Assembly: GCA_037439545.1 (NCBI GenBank)
Contig: JBBIVV010000007.1
Span: 26,259 to 51,429, forward strand
Origin: a bacterium
GTDB taxonomy: Bacteria > JAMCPX01
Direction of reading: 5' to 3'
DNA: 25,171 bases
Positions 8,571 through 17,403 of this stretch are shown here, one piece after another (positions within the stretch are counted from its first letter, which is position 1; every line of letters starts with the position of its first letter). The notes below the pieces were generated by a model. That model made no database searches and had not been told where the DNA came from. It saw only the letters and a program-made list of their open reading frames with translations. Made by a program: the position numbers and the translations under genes.

Positions 8571-9545
8571 TCAAATAATAAATATGTCATCGCATATCTT
8601 CAGGTTATATGCCTTCGTGTAACTGTCTTTTGCAAGATGGAGAAGTCCGAGCTGAACCGCACCGCTGGCTATGGCGCTCTTTTTATACATTATCCCGTTT
8701 GACAATCCCGAGTAAGCGCGGGTATCGAGAGTGGATTTAACTGCAGGCAGGAAGAAATTCAATCCTTTGCTGAATTCACCGGCAAATATAACTGCCTCAG
8801 GCTTTATGATATTGATGGTGTTGATAAGGGCAACGCCGAGATAATTGCCCATTTTATAAAACGCATTCAGTGCAGCAGTGTCCGACATCCTTGCAAGACG
8901 GAAGAGATCATTTATGCTGACTCCGTTACTTTGTGTATGCTTCCTGTGTTTCAGGTAGTACCTTATTATTGCATCCGGTGATGCGTAAGATTCCAGACAT
9001 CCCCTTTCTCCACAGGTGCACTTCCTCCCGTACGGTTCAATAACGATATGACCGAGTTCCGGAGTCGTGCCTCTCCTGCTCCTGAGAAGCATACCGTTGA
9101 TGTATATACCTGCGCTTACACCGGGATCCAACAGGACGAGTATAAAATTACTGCACCTTCCGGCACAGCCCAGCTTGTGCTCGATGAATGCCCTTACATT
9201 CGCCTCTGTATCAAGAACGATGAATTTCCTTAGCCTTGAAGCAAGCTCTTCTTTTACGTTCAGGCCCTTGAGCCATGGCATGGAAGTTGAGCAGACGACA
9301 CTGCCGCTCCGATGGTCCAATGAAGCAGGCATGCTTATGCCGACAGCGGCAACACGATCTATGTGTATCGACGACATCTCGATAAGTGCTCGGAACCCGG
9401 ATTCAAGTTCTTTGATAAAACCGGAATGTGAAACCGGCGAGGACATGCGGATTTTGTGGCTTCCTTTAATCTGGTGAGCGCTGTCCGCTATGCAGAAGTC
9501 AAGACGGTTTTTTGAAATTTGAATACCGGCAAAAAGATTGGTCAT
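8571..9545 (-). CDS. ROK-family protein, degenerate and lacking an HTH
   Basis: ELGHIVI...CTCGERGCLESYAS zinc-binding ROK motif and GISMPA. Kinase motifs are altered (GIQISKN, DTEAN, LDPGVSAG). Confidence 0.85.
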   Translation of the reverse strand: MTNLFAGIQISKNRLDFCIADSAHQIKGSHKIRMSSPVSHSGFIKELESGFRALIEMSSIHIDRVAAVGISMPASLDHRSGSVVCSTSMPWLKGLNVKEELASRLRKFIVLDTEANVRAFIEHKLGCAGRCSNFILVLLDPGVSAGIYINGMLLRSRRGTTPELGHIVIEPYGRKCTCGERGCLESYASPDAIIRYYLKHRKHTQSNGVSINDLFRLARMSDTAALNAFYKMGNYLGVALINTINIIKPEAVIFAGEFSKGLNFFLPAVKSTLDTRAYSGLSNGIMYKKSAIASGAVQLGLLHLAKDSYTKAYNLKICDDIFII

Positions 9546-10036
9546 TTGTTTATTCTTTCACGCACATCCTTCCCTGTTTTTTTATCGATGCCGAATAAAT
9601 CGACGAAATGAACCTTGGGGAGGAACATTGTCTCGGTGGAATTTATAAAGACTTTTTTCAGATACGCGGGCTGTCCGTCGATATTGATTTCCGCTACATA
9701 GTCGTCCCCCTGCTGATAGACCTTAATTTGCCTGTCCTTCATAATATTCATAACCATGCGGTAGAATTTCTTGCTCTCATCGAGCGTGCATTTAAATCCA
9801 TAGACATTTCTTTCAATGCTGTTCAATCCTTCCCTGTGCCCGTCCTGAGCGAGCATTATCCAATACGCTATGACCGGTTTCTCCGGGTCTATTTTTCCGT
9901 CCGCTGATTTGTTGATGTCATAATGGACGACATTGGCGTTCTTGCTGCGTTCTATGATAAAAAGTCCTGCCGTCTGCGACGCATAAGCAGAAACGGAAAT
10001 AAAAAACAATACAAATAGCAAGGTGATGTACTTCAT
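9542..10036 (-). CDS. Secreted DUF4833-like protein
   Basis: Signal peptide ending SAYA; LFIIERSKNANVVHYD, PVIAYWI, LNSIER..YG, LKKVFI, VDLFGID...E.I pattern recalled as DUF4833. AGGAG RBS; ATGA overlap with the ROK gene. Confidence 0.75.
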   Translation of the reverse strand: MKYITLLFVLFFISVSAYASQTAGLFIIERSKNANVVHYDINKSADGKIDPEKPVIAYWIMLAQDGHREGLNSIERNVYGFKCTLDESKKFYRMVMNIMKDRQIKVYQQGDDYVAEINIDGQPAYLKKVFINSTETMFLPKVHFVDLFGIDKKTGKDVRERINK

Positions 10037-10311
10037 TTTTTTCTCCTTTCTATAAACCTCTTAATTCGGCAATGCCTTCGGATTTACGACATAATCCACA
10101 TGATAGAACGTTGTTTTCATGGAATCAGCCATAGTGATGGTTCCATACAATATTCTTATCTGTATTGCAAGTTTTTGCAGGTGACCACGACAGAGCGGGA
10201 CATGACAGTTTTTTTATTACAATAGTGAGTACAATAGCCGGTGAAATAACCGGCAACATAGATCGTTGTTTTGATTTACAACTCGATCGATTTGACATAA
10301 GAAACGCATGT

Positions 10312-12000
10312 ATGGAAAAAAATAATCTTTCATGGATAGTTTTGCTCATACTCCTCTTTATAGGCAGTTATCTTGCAGGAATAAATGCCTATATCCAGGA
10401 GGTCGATCCTGCAACATACGCCGAGGTTTCACGGGAGATGGTTGAATCTCACGATTTTGTTTATCTGCACGACAATTACCGTCAGTATCTTGACAAGCCT
10501 CCTATGACCCTATGGCTTATAGCCCTGAGCTATAAAATGTTCGGTATAAAGAACTTTGCCGTAAGACTGCCGTCATTATTCATGTCTGTCGTTGCCATAC
10601 TTTCCGTTTACTGGCTCGGTGTCATGCTCTGGAACAAACAAACAGGTTTATTGTCCGCACTGATCATGGCATCAGCCGTGGCATCGAGGCTTATGATTCA
10701 GGATCCGAAGATAGATATGGTCCTCATAGGATTCATGACGCTGTCCGTCGCACTGTTGTTCAGGGGATTGACTGATCCCGGATTCCTATGGCCCGCATAT
10801 ATCGTCATGGCTTTTGCCTTTCTTACCAAAGGGCCCATAAGTATAGGCATTCCAGTACTTGCATTCGGTTCCCTGGCGTTTTTTAAAAAAGATTTCGGGC
10901 TTATAAAAAGACTCAGGCCCGTGACAGGGCTTTTGCTTGCCGGTATCCTGATCCTGCCGTGGTACATTGCTGTTGCCCTGAAAAGGGGAGACAACACTGC
11001 CTATTTCATGCTTTTCAAACAGAGTTTCGGGAGGTTCTATGCTCACCAGTTTTATTACGGCGGAGATCCGTTCTTTTATGTCCATACCTTTTCATGGGCT
11101 TTTCTTCCATGGACATTGCTGTTCATAGCCGCCCTTGTGCAGAGATTTTCCGGCTGGAGAAAAAAGATTAAACCCGATGATGGTGAGCTCCTGGCGTTGT
11201 GGTGGTGGGTTCTGCCATTCATTATATTATCGTCAGCCATAAGCAAGCTGCCCCAGTATATATTCTGGCTCATCCCTCCTGCCGCTCTGCTCACGGGACA
11301 CTGGCTCGATAAGAAAATTGACCGCGTGATTACTAATCGTGAAAATATTTTATTCTCTGCTCAATATGTAATTGTATTCCTGCCACTGGCATTGATGGCA
11401 GCATTATTTGTACTGTCTTTCCCGCCAGAAACAGTGGTGCCGTGGCTTATGCTCGGGATCGGAACGGTGTTCATAATTCTGTTTCCGGCATTGAAGATAC
11501 AGAAGGTGAAAAAGATTATCATCCTTTCTGCAATCTCCATGTTAACCTTTGACCTGCTCTTTGCGGGTTACCTGTATCCTGCAACATTGAAATACCAGCC
11601 ATTCCAGGTTTTCGGCAAACAGATACGTACATTGGCAGAGGGCAAAAAGAGTACAATACTTTCTTACAGATACGGAGAACGCGGAACATTGAATTATTAC
11701 AGCAGGATGCCAGTCAGGGAGGTAGATACTCCGCAGGAGATCAATCACTATCTGAAGACACAGGATCCGTCATTCTTTGTAACAACGGATGATCAGGTCA
11801 AAAAACTTGAGGCCCGGGGTTATAAAATACAGGTCCTCAACTCATTGCCCTTCTACGCATCATCGCGGCCAGACAAATGTTTCCTGTTGAAATGGGACAG
11901 GAACAGGTGTTTAACCCGCTTATCGATCGGAGTGATAAGCACATCAGGCGGAGTGATAAGCACATCAGGGAATTGGTCCGCCCTGTCCGGAAAGCGCTGA
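10312..12000 (+). CDS. ArnT/PMT-like (GT-C, family 39/83) polyprenyl-phosphate-sugar glycosyltransferase
   Basis: DPATYAEVSREMV, YLDKPP..LW, FAVRLPS, KIDM, LTKGP, LPWY, FLPW, KLPQYI; many TM segments and a C-terminal periplasmic domain. Start set at ATG 10312 (MEKNN) rather than TTG 10165. Confidence 0.88.
   Translation: MEKNNLSWIVLLILLFIGSYLAGINAYIQEVDPATYAEVSREMVESHDFVYLHDNYRQYLDKPPMTLWLIALSYKMFGIKNFAVRLPSLFMSVVAILSVYWLGVMLWNKQTGLLSALIMASAVASRLMIQDPKIDMVLIGFMTLSVALLFRGLTDPGFLWPAYIVMAFAFLTKGPISIGIPVLAFGSLAFFKKDFGLIKRLRPVTGLLLAGILILPWYIAVALKRGDNTAYFMLFKQSFGRFYAHQFYYGGDPFFYVHTFSWAFLPWTLLFIAALVQRFSGWRKKIKPDDGELLALWWWVLPFIILSSAISKLPQYIFWLIPPAALLTGHWLDKKIDRVITNRENILFSAQYVIVFLPLALMAALFVLSFPPETVVPWLMLGIGTVFIILFPALKIQKVKKIIILSAISMLTFDLLFAGYLYPATLKYQPFQVFGKQIRTLAEGKKSTILSYRYGERGTLNYYSRMPVREVDTPQEINHYLKTQDPSFFVTTDDQVKKLEARGYKIQVLNSLPFYASSRPDKCFLLKWDRNRCLTRLSIGVISTSGGVISTSGNWSALSGKR
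11928..11969 (+). repeat. Perfect 21-bp tandem duplication, in frame
   Basis: CGGAGTGATAAGCACATCAGG x2 (11928-11948, 11949-11969), encoding GVISTSG-GVISTSG. Confidence 0.95.
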
Positions 12001-12071
12001 TTCTAACTGAGTGCCATTGATGTTATCGGCCACCGGTATTCTGAAACCGTTCTTCTTCACCCTGCTCTTGT

Positions 12072-12100
12072 TTGACAATGACGATCCTTCCGAATATATT
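12072..12100 (+). promoter_or_regulatory. Sigma70 promoter for the kdsA operon
   Basis: TTGACA (12072-12077), N17, TATATT (12095-12100). Confidence 0.7.
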
Positions 12101-12116
12101 TAACAGAAATTAAAAG

Positions 12117-12950
12117 ATGATCACTAAAGTAAAGACAATAAATATAAACGGTGTAAGAATCGGCGGTAATAACGGTCTTGTTCTTATTGCCGGCCCCTGT
12201 GTCATAGAAAGCGAAACACTGACCATGCGCATTGCCGAACAGCTCAAGACCATTACATCGGAACTCGGCATCGGTCTTATATTCAAGGCTTCGTATGATA
12301 AGGCAAACAGGACTTCCATAAATTCATTCAGGGGGCCCGGTCTCAAAAAAGGGCTACAGATCCTGGCAAAGGTAAAAGACACTTATGCCCTGCCCGTACT
12401 CTCTGATGTGCATAGTATAGAGCAGATTGAGCCCGCATCTCAGGTTTTAGACATTATTCAGATACCGGCTTTCCTGTGCAGACAGACCGATCTGCTTATT
12501 TCAGCCGGAGAAACAGACAGGGTCGTGAATATAAAAAAAGGACAATTCATGGCACCCTGGGACATCAGGCATGTTATCAAGAAAGTCGAATCGACCGGCA
12601 ACCACAAGATAATAATTACCGAACGCGGATATACGTTCGGCTATAACATGCTGGTCAATGATTTCCGCGTCATACCGATAATGAGGGACTTCGGTTATCC
12701 TGTCATATTCGACGCGACACACAGCGTGCAGCTGCCGTCGGCAGGAGGCGATGTTTCCGGGGGACAGAGTCAATATGTCGAGATGCTTGCAAAGGCAGGC
12801 GCTGCTGTCGGTATAGACGGGCTCTTCCTCGAGGTACATCCGCAGCCTGAAAAAGCCATGAGCGACGGTGCAAATTCCCTGCAGTTAAGCAGGCTTGAAA
12901 GATTATTAAAAACTACGAAGGTAATCGATGAAATCATCAAAAAAGATTGA
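12117..12950 (+). CDS. kdsA: KDO8P synthase, metal-dependent type
   Basis: IAGPCVIE (Cys metal ligand rather than Asn), FKASYDKANRTS, QIPAFLCRQTDLL, NIKKGQF, FDATHSVQ, EVHP, SDG. Confidence 0.98.
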   Translation: MITKVKTININGVRIGGNNGLVLIAGPCVIESETLTMRIAEQLKTITSELGIGLIFKASYDKANRTSINSFRGPGLKKGLQILAKVKDTYALPVLSDVHSIEQIEPASQVLDIIQIPAFLCRQTDLLISAGETDRVVNIKKGQFMAPWDIRHVIKKVESTGNHKIIITERGYTFGYNMLVNDFRVIPIMRDFGYPVIFDATHSVQLPSAGGDVSGGQSQYVEMLAKAGAAVGIDGLFLEVHPQPEKAMSDGANSLQLSRLERLLKTTKVIDEIIKKD

Positions 12951-13914
12951 TATTCTCAAAGAGGCAAAAAAGGTTTTACAAATTGAAGCCCGTACCCTGA
13001 ATAAGCTTGTCACTCATATTGACCGGCAATTCTTAGCAGCGGTGGATTCTATTCTCGAAACAAAAGGCAAAGTTGTTGTTACCGGTATAGGCAAGTCGGG
13101 GCTCGTGGGTCAAAAGATCGCATCGACCATGACGAGCACGGGCACGCCCGCGTATTATCTCCACCCATCGGAAGGTGCACACGGCGACCTCGGAATACTC
13201 GGCAAGAACGATATTTTAATAGCCCTGTCGAACAGCGGGGAATCGGAAGAGGTATTAAGGATTGTTCCGTTTGCAAAAAGGCTCGGCATAACGCTCATCG
13301 CAATTGTGGGGAACAAGGCTTCGACGCTCGCAAAAGGAGCTGATATAATCATACATGTGCCTGTGGAGAAAGAGGCATGCCCCTTCGGACTCGCACCCAC
13401 GGCAAGCACGACGGCGGAACTTGCAATCGGGGACGCGCTTGCAGTCACTCTTCTCCTGAAGAGAGGATTTACGAAAAATGATTTTGCCCTGTTCCATCCC
13501 GGAGGAGCACTCGGTAAAAAGCTTATAACGAGGGTCCTTGATCTTATGCATACCGGGTCCGACCTGCCCCATGTTTTCATGGATGCAAGAATGAAGGACG
13601 TACTTGTAGAGATCACCTCAAAACGCATGGGATTGACCGGTGTTTATGATACAAATAACAGGCTTGCCGGTATCATAACCGACGGGGACCTGAGAAGGGC
13701 ACTCGAGAAATACCCCGATCTGCTTCAAAGGACCGCTTCCGATATAATGACCGGAGCGCCGAAACGCATAGAAAAGACCGCTCTGGTGGTCAAAGCCCTC
13801 AACATCATGGAAACATATTCCATTACCTCCCTATTCGTGACCGAAAACGGCAATAAGGACAGACCTATCGGTATAATCCATCTGCATGACATATTGAAGG
13901 CAGGGATAGTGTAA
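12928..13914 (+). CDS. kdsD: Arabinose-5-phosphate isomerase, KpsF/GutQ family (SIS + 2 CBS)
   Basis: VTGIGKSG, HPSEGAHGDLG, SNSGESEE, EACPFGLAPTASTT, FHPGGALG, GIITDGDLRR. Confidence 0.96.
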   Translation: MKSSKKIDILKEAKKVLQIEARTLNKLVTHIDRQFLAAVDSILETKGKVVVTGIGKSGLVGQKIASTMTSTGTPAYYLHPSEGAHGDLGILGKNDILIALSNSGESEEVLRIVPFAKRLGITLIAIVGNKASTLAKGADIIIHVPVEKEACPFGLAPTASTTAELAIGDALAVTLLLKRGFTKNDFALFHPGGALGKKLITRVLDLMHTGSDLPHVFMDARMKDVLVEITSKRMGLTGVYDTNNRLAGIITDGDLRRALEKYPDLLQRTASDIMTGAPKRIEKTALVVKALNIMETYSITSLFVTENGNKDRPIGIIHLHDILKAGIV

Positions 13915-13918
13915 TCTT

Positions 13919-14440
13919 ATGCGATCAAAGCCCGGCAAAACCGCATTAAGGAACAAGCTGAAAAATATCAGGATGCTCCTGCTCGATGTCGATGGAGTTT
14001 TAACAGACGGCAAACTTATCTACAACAGCGATGGCATAGAGCTTAAGGCATTCGATGTAAAGGATGGATACGGGCTCGTGAGATTAAAAAAAGCCGGCAT
14101 CATGATCGGTATTATAACGGCAAAGTCTTCACGTATAGTTGAAACAAGGGCAAGAGACCTGGGCATAGACACGCTTTACCAGAATGTCAGCAATAAACTT
14201 ACTGCTTACAATGAAATAAAGAACAACTATAACCTCGCCGACCATGAAACAGCTTACCTTGGCGATGATGTGCCTGATCTTGTCGTTTTGAAGCAGGTCG
14301 GAGTACCGGTAGCGGTACATGATGCTGTGGACGCGGTAAAAGACGCGGCCATATACATCACAAAGAAGCCCGGAGGCAACGGAGCCATAAGAGAAGTCGT
14401 CGAGCTCATCTTGCAGGCAAAAGGTTTATCAATGCTATGA
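13919..14440 (+). CDS. kdsC: KDO 8-phosphate phosphatase (HAD family)
   Basis: LDVDGVLTDG, FDVKDGYG, YLGDDVPD, GGNGAIREVVE. Confidence 0.95.
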   Translation: MRSKPGKTALRNKLKNIRMLLLDVDGVLTDGKLIYNSDGIELKAFDVKDGYGLVRLKKAGIMIGIITAKSSRIVETRARDLGIDTLYQNVSNKLTAYNEIKNNYNLADHETAYLGDDVPDLVVLKQVGVPVAVHDAVDAVKDAAIYITKKPGGNGAIREVVELILQAKGLSML

Positions 14441-14493
14441 TGCCGGAAAAAAATTACCTGCCTGCCCCCTGCTTTGCGCTGTGCAGGAGGCGC

Positions 14494-14517
14494 CCCTGCA
14501 ATGCAGGGTTTATTTTT
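14494..14517 (+). terminator. Intrinsic terminator-like hairpin between kdsC and lpxL
   Basis: CCCTGC-aat-GCAGGG followed by TTTATTTTT. Confidence 0.45.
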
Positions 14518-14542
14518 CCCGACAGGAAATATTGAGCATAGA

Positions 14543-15454
14543 ATGAGGATCCGGCAGCGGTTTGTCAGAGCATTGGTTTATTACAGCACAAAGGCAATCA
14601 TCGGCTTCTTCCGTATTTTCCCTCTGAGCTTCGATGCATGGATCGGTGCAGGGCTTGGTAAAACGGCTTATTACCTGCTGCCGTCAGAAAGGCACAAGAG
14701 CATAAAAAACATTCTGAAGGCATTTCCGGATAAAGACGTAACCTGGGCAAAGCAGCAGTTAAAGCAGAGTTTCAAGGGCTTTGGAATCAGTGTCATGGAA
14801 CTTATAAAATTGGATACGATAGTCCGGCACATAGACGATTACATCAGGATAGATAATTTTGCTGCATTCGATGCGGCAATAAAGGAAAAAAAAGGCATTC
14901 TATGGATTACCGGGCACATAGGCAACTGGGAGCTCATGCCCGTATACTTCGCAAAAAAAGGATACCAGACTTATGTTGTCGCAAAAGGACTGTACGATCC
15001 GCGGATGGACAATCTGGTCAACGGACTGAGAGAACGGTACGGGGTACATCCCGTGGTACGCGGCAGCCCGGGATCCGGTAAAAGAATCCTCAAGGCGCTC
15101 AGATCCAATGGTATCCTGGGTATGCTGATAGATCAGGACACAGACGTCCAGGGCGTGTTCGTTCGTTTTTTCGGCGACACGGCATTTACTCCGAGAGGTG
15201 CCGCTGACCTTGCCCTGAAGGCGGGCGCAGGCGTTGTTGCGGGCTTTATAACAAGGACTGCTCCGGGTCATCATATCATAAAACTCTATGGCCCTGTTGT
15301 TCCCATAAAAACATCCTCGTATGAAAACGACGTTATGTCCCTGACCCAATCAATGAGCGATTATATCGAACAGCATATAAAACAACATCCGCAGGACTGG
15401 GTATGGATGCATTCACGGTGGGCCAAAAGACCTCCGGAAGGACACACTCATTAA
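14543..15454 (+). CDS. lpxL: Lipid A late acyltransferase, LpxL/HtrB family
   Basis: TGHIGNWE catalytic motif, LGMLIDQD, V.FFG, I..HP.DW.WMH.RW; located in the Kdo/Lpt cluster. Start set at ATG 14543. Confidence 0.88.
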   Translation: MRIRQRFVRALVYYSTKAIIGFFRIFPLSFDAWIGAGLGKTAYYLLPSERHKSIKNILKAFPDKDVTWAKQQLKQSFKGFGISVMELIKLDTIVRHIDDYIRIDNFAAFDAAIKEKKGILWITGHIGNWELMPVYFAKKGYQTYVVAKGLYDPRMDNLVNGLRERYGVHPVVRGSPGSGKRILKALRSNGILGMLIDQDTDVQGVFVRFFGDTAFTPRGAADLALKAGAGVVAGFITRTAPGHHIIKLYGPVVPIKTSSYENDVMSLTQSMSDYIEQHIKQHPQDWVWMHSRWAKRPPEGHTH

Positions 15455-15506
15455 AAAGGTGACCGCAGGATGATAATAGTGTTACAAGAACGGTATAAGT
15501 GATCCG

Positions 15507-16082
15507 ATGAACTATAACATACAATTGAAATTTATATCGTCCAAACCGCTCTCCGGCATACTATGCCTTGCAGTAATACTTTTACTGTCAGGGGCATCCT
15601 GTAATGCCGGGCACGTCCCGATGAACAATTCGACCAATGCGTCCCACCCCGCCATAATGCTCGATACTCCCGTGTTCCAGGAAATAAAAAAAGATAAAAC
15701 AGTGTACTCAGGCACGGCATCGAACGCAGAATACTTCAATACCGCACACACGTCGGTAGTCATGAACCCGAGATTAGCCGGCACGCTGAAGAACGGAGAA
15801 CCTTTCACGGCTTCGTCCGACAGGGCATTCTATTACGACAATAAGCAGTTGATAACTCTTAAAGACAATATCCACGCACGTTTGAATGACGATTATGATA
15901 TAACCTGCACTACCATGGATTACCTCGTTGACAAAAGGATCATTGTTGCGAGAGAACCTATAACCGTCACAGGCAAGGATTTACAATTATATGCGGATAA
16001 GGGTAGTATAGGACTCGAGGATAACAGGCTTACCATGCAGGGAAATATAGACGCAAAAATATACAATATGAGTTTGAAATGA
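15507..16082 (+). CDS. lptC: LPS export protein LptC
   Basis: N-terminal hydrophobic segment and beta-jellyroll-like pattern (ITLKDNI...ITCTTMDY...PITVTG...LTMQGNI); directly upstream of lptA-lptB. Start uncertain. Confidence 0.75.
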   Translation: MNYNIQLKFISSKPLSGILCLAVILLLSGASCNAGHVPMNNSTNASHPAIMLDTPVFQEIKKDKTVYSGTASNAEYFNTAHTSVVMNPRLAGTLKNGEPFTASSDRAFYYDNKQLITLKDNIHARLNDDYDITCTTMDYLVDKRIIVAREPITVTGKDLQLYADKGSIGLEDNRLTMQGNIDAKIYNMSLK

Positions 16083-16678
16083 AAAGGATATCACTTTTAA
16101 TACAAAAATATTTATCGCTCATAAGATTATTCCGCCGCGGTGCCGGCAACACCTCTTTTCGTAATGACAGGTTATTTATTTCATGTGCATTCGTTACGCT
16201 ATCGTTCTTCATCTTTGTCTCGAACACCCATGCGGATACGCTCATGCATGAGATACAAAAGCCCGGTACCAGATTAAAACCGATAGACATAACTTCGAGC
16301 CAGCTTGAGGCAAACCTGAAATCGCACATAGTAATCTTCAGCGGGAATGTGGTGGCAAAACAGGGGAATGTGGTCCTCTATTGCAACAAACTTACGGCCT
16401 ACTATGATGAGAAAGGCAAGAACATAACAAAGATCGTGTCTACGGGCGATGTCAAGATCACACGGAAGGACATGATTGCAACAGGCAGCGAGGCGATCTT
16501 TGATAATGTCAATAAACTCCTCACACTGTCGGGCTCACCGAGGATCTGGCAGACGAAAAACATCATAGAGGGCACAAAGATCATATTTTACCTCGGTACT
16601 GACAAGGTATTTGTCGAGGGTGCCAAATCGCTCTATAATCCCGGAAGCATGGAAACCCCGGAACAGAAGGAACAATAA
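16079..16678 (+). CDS. lptA: LPS transport periplasmic protein LptA
   Basis: PIDITSSQL...VIFSGNVVAKQG...L.C.KL...TGDVKI...LTLSGSP.IWQ.KN.IEG.KI (OstA domain); upstream of lptB. Start uncertain. Confidence 0.88.
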   Translation: MKRISLLIQKYLSLIRLFRRGAGNTSFRNDRLFISCAFVTLSFFIFVSNTHADTLMHEIQKPGTRLKPIDITSSQLEANLKSHIVIFSGNVVAKQGNVVLYCNKLTAYYDEKGKNITKIVSTGDVKITRKDMIATGSEAIFDNVNKLLTLSGSPRIWQTKNIIEGTKIIFYLGTDKVFVEGAKSLYNPGSMETPEQKEQ

Positions 16679-17403
16679 TGGGCCGCTACCTTGAAGCAGT
16701 TGGACTAAAAAAATCTTTCAGTAAAAAAGTGGTCGTGTCCGATGTGAGTTTTGCAGTGAACAGCGGTGAGATTATCGGACTGCTCGGTCCGAACGGTGCC
16801 GGGAAATCGACGACGTTCTATATGATAGTCGGCATATACAGGCCTGACAAAGGAAAGATTATTCTGAACGATGAAGATATAACGAAGGACCAGATGTATA
16901 TAAGGGCAAAAAAAGGCATAACCTACCTCCCGCAGGAGCCGTCGATATTCAGGAAGCTTTCTGTGGAAGACAATATAAAGGTTGTCTTCGAGTCCATGGA
17001 CATGGGCGGTGATAGTATAAACGGAAAAGCAGAAGAAATAATGAAGAGCATGAATATCCTGCACCTGAGGAAGAGCATGGGTTATTCTTTATCCGGCGGA
17101 GAAAGACGCAGGGTCGAGGTCTCGAGGGCACTCGCAGCAAAACCGGATTTCATGCTCCTCGACGAACCGTTTGCAGGCATCGACCCCATAGCAGTCAATG
17201 AGCTGAGGGATATACTGTTCTCCCTGAGGGAAAAAGGGCTCGGCATCATCATATCCGATCACAATGTCAGGGAAACCTTGAATGTTTGCGACAAAGCTTA
17301 TATTATAAGTAATGGAAGAATCATAGAAGAGGGAGAACCGAAACAAATAGCAACGAGTGAAAAGGCAAGGCGCATTTATCTTGGTGAGGATTTTAAGCTA
17401 TGA
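16678..17403 (+). CDS. lptB: LPS export ABC transporter ATP-binding protein
   Basis: GLLGPNGAGKST, YLPQEPSIFRKL, LSGGERRRVE, LLDEPFAGIDP, DHNVRETL, YLGEDF. Confidence 0.97.
   Translation: MGRYLEAVGLKKSFSKKVVVSDVSFAVNSGEIIGLLGPNGAGKSTTFYMIVGIYRPDKGKIILNDEDITKDQMYIRAKKGITYLPQEPSIFRKLSVEDNIKVVFESMDMGGDSINGKAEEIMKSMNILHLRKSMGYSLSGGERRRVEVSRALAAKPDFMLLDEPFAGIDPIAVNELRDILFSLREKGLGIIISDHNVRETLNVCDKAYIISNGRIIEEGEPKQIATSEKARRIYLGEDFKL

Noticed and set aside
10165..10311. TTG-started extension of the ArnT-like gene (likewise the upstream extensions at 14474 for lpxL and 22415 for rimO)
   Set aside because: The extensions show no family similarity and run through intergenic structure or the upstream gene; downstream ATGs fit the expected N-termini.
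16079..16160. Twin-arginine (FRRGAG) in the long LptA N-terminus
   Set aside because: It does not match S/T-R-R-x-F-L-K and is far from the h-region; probably a long Sec n-region or an uncertain start.
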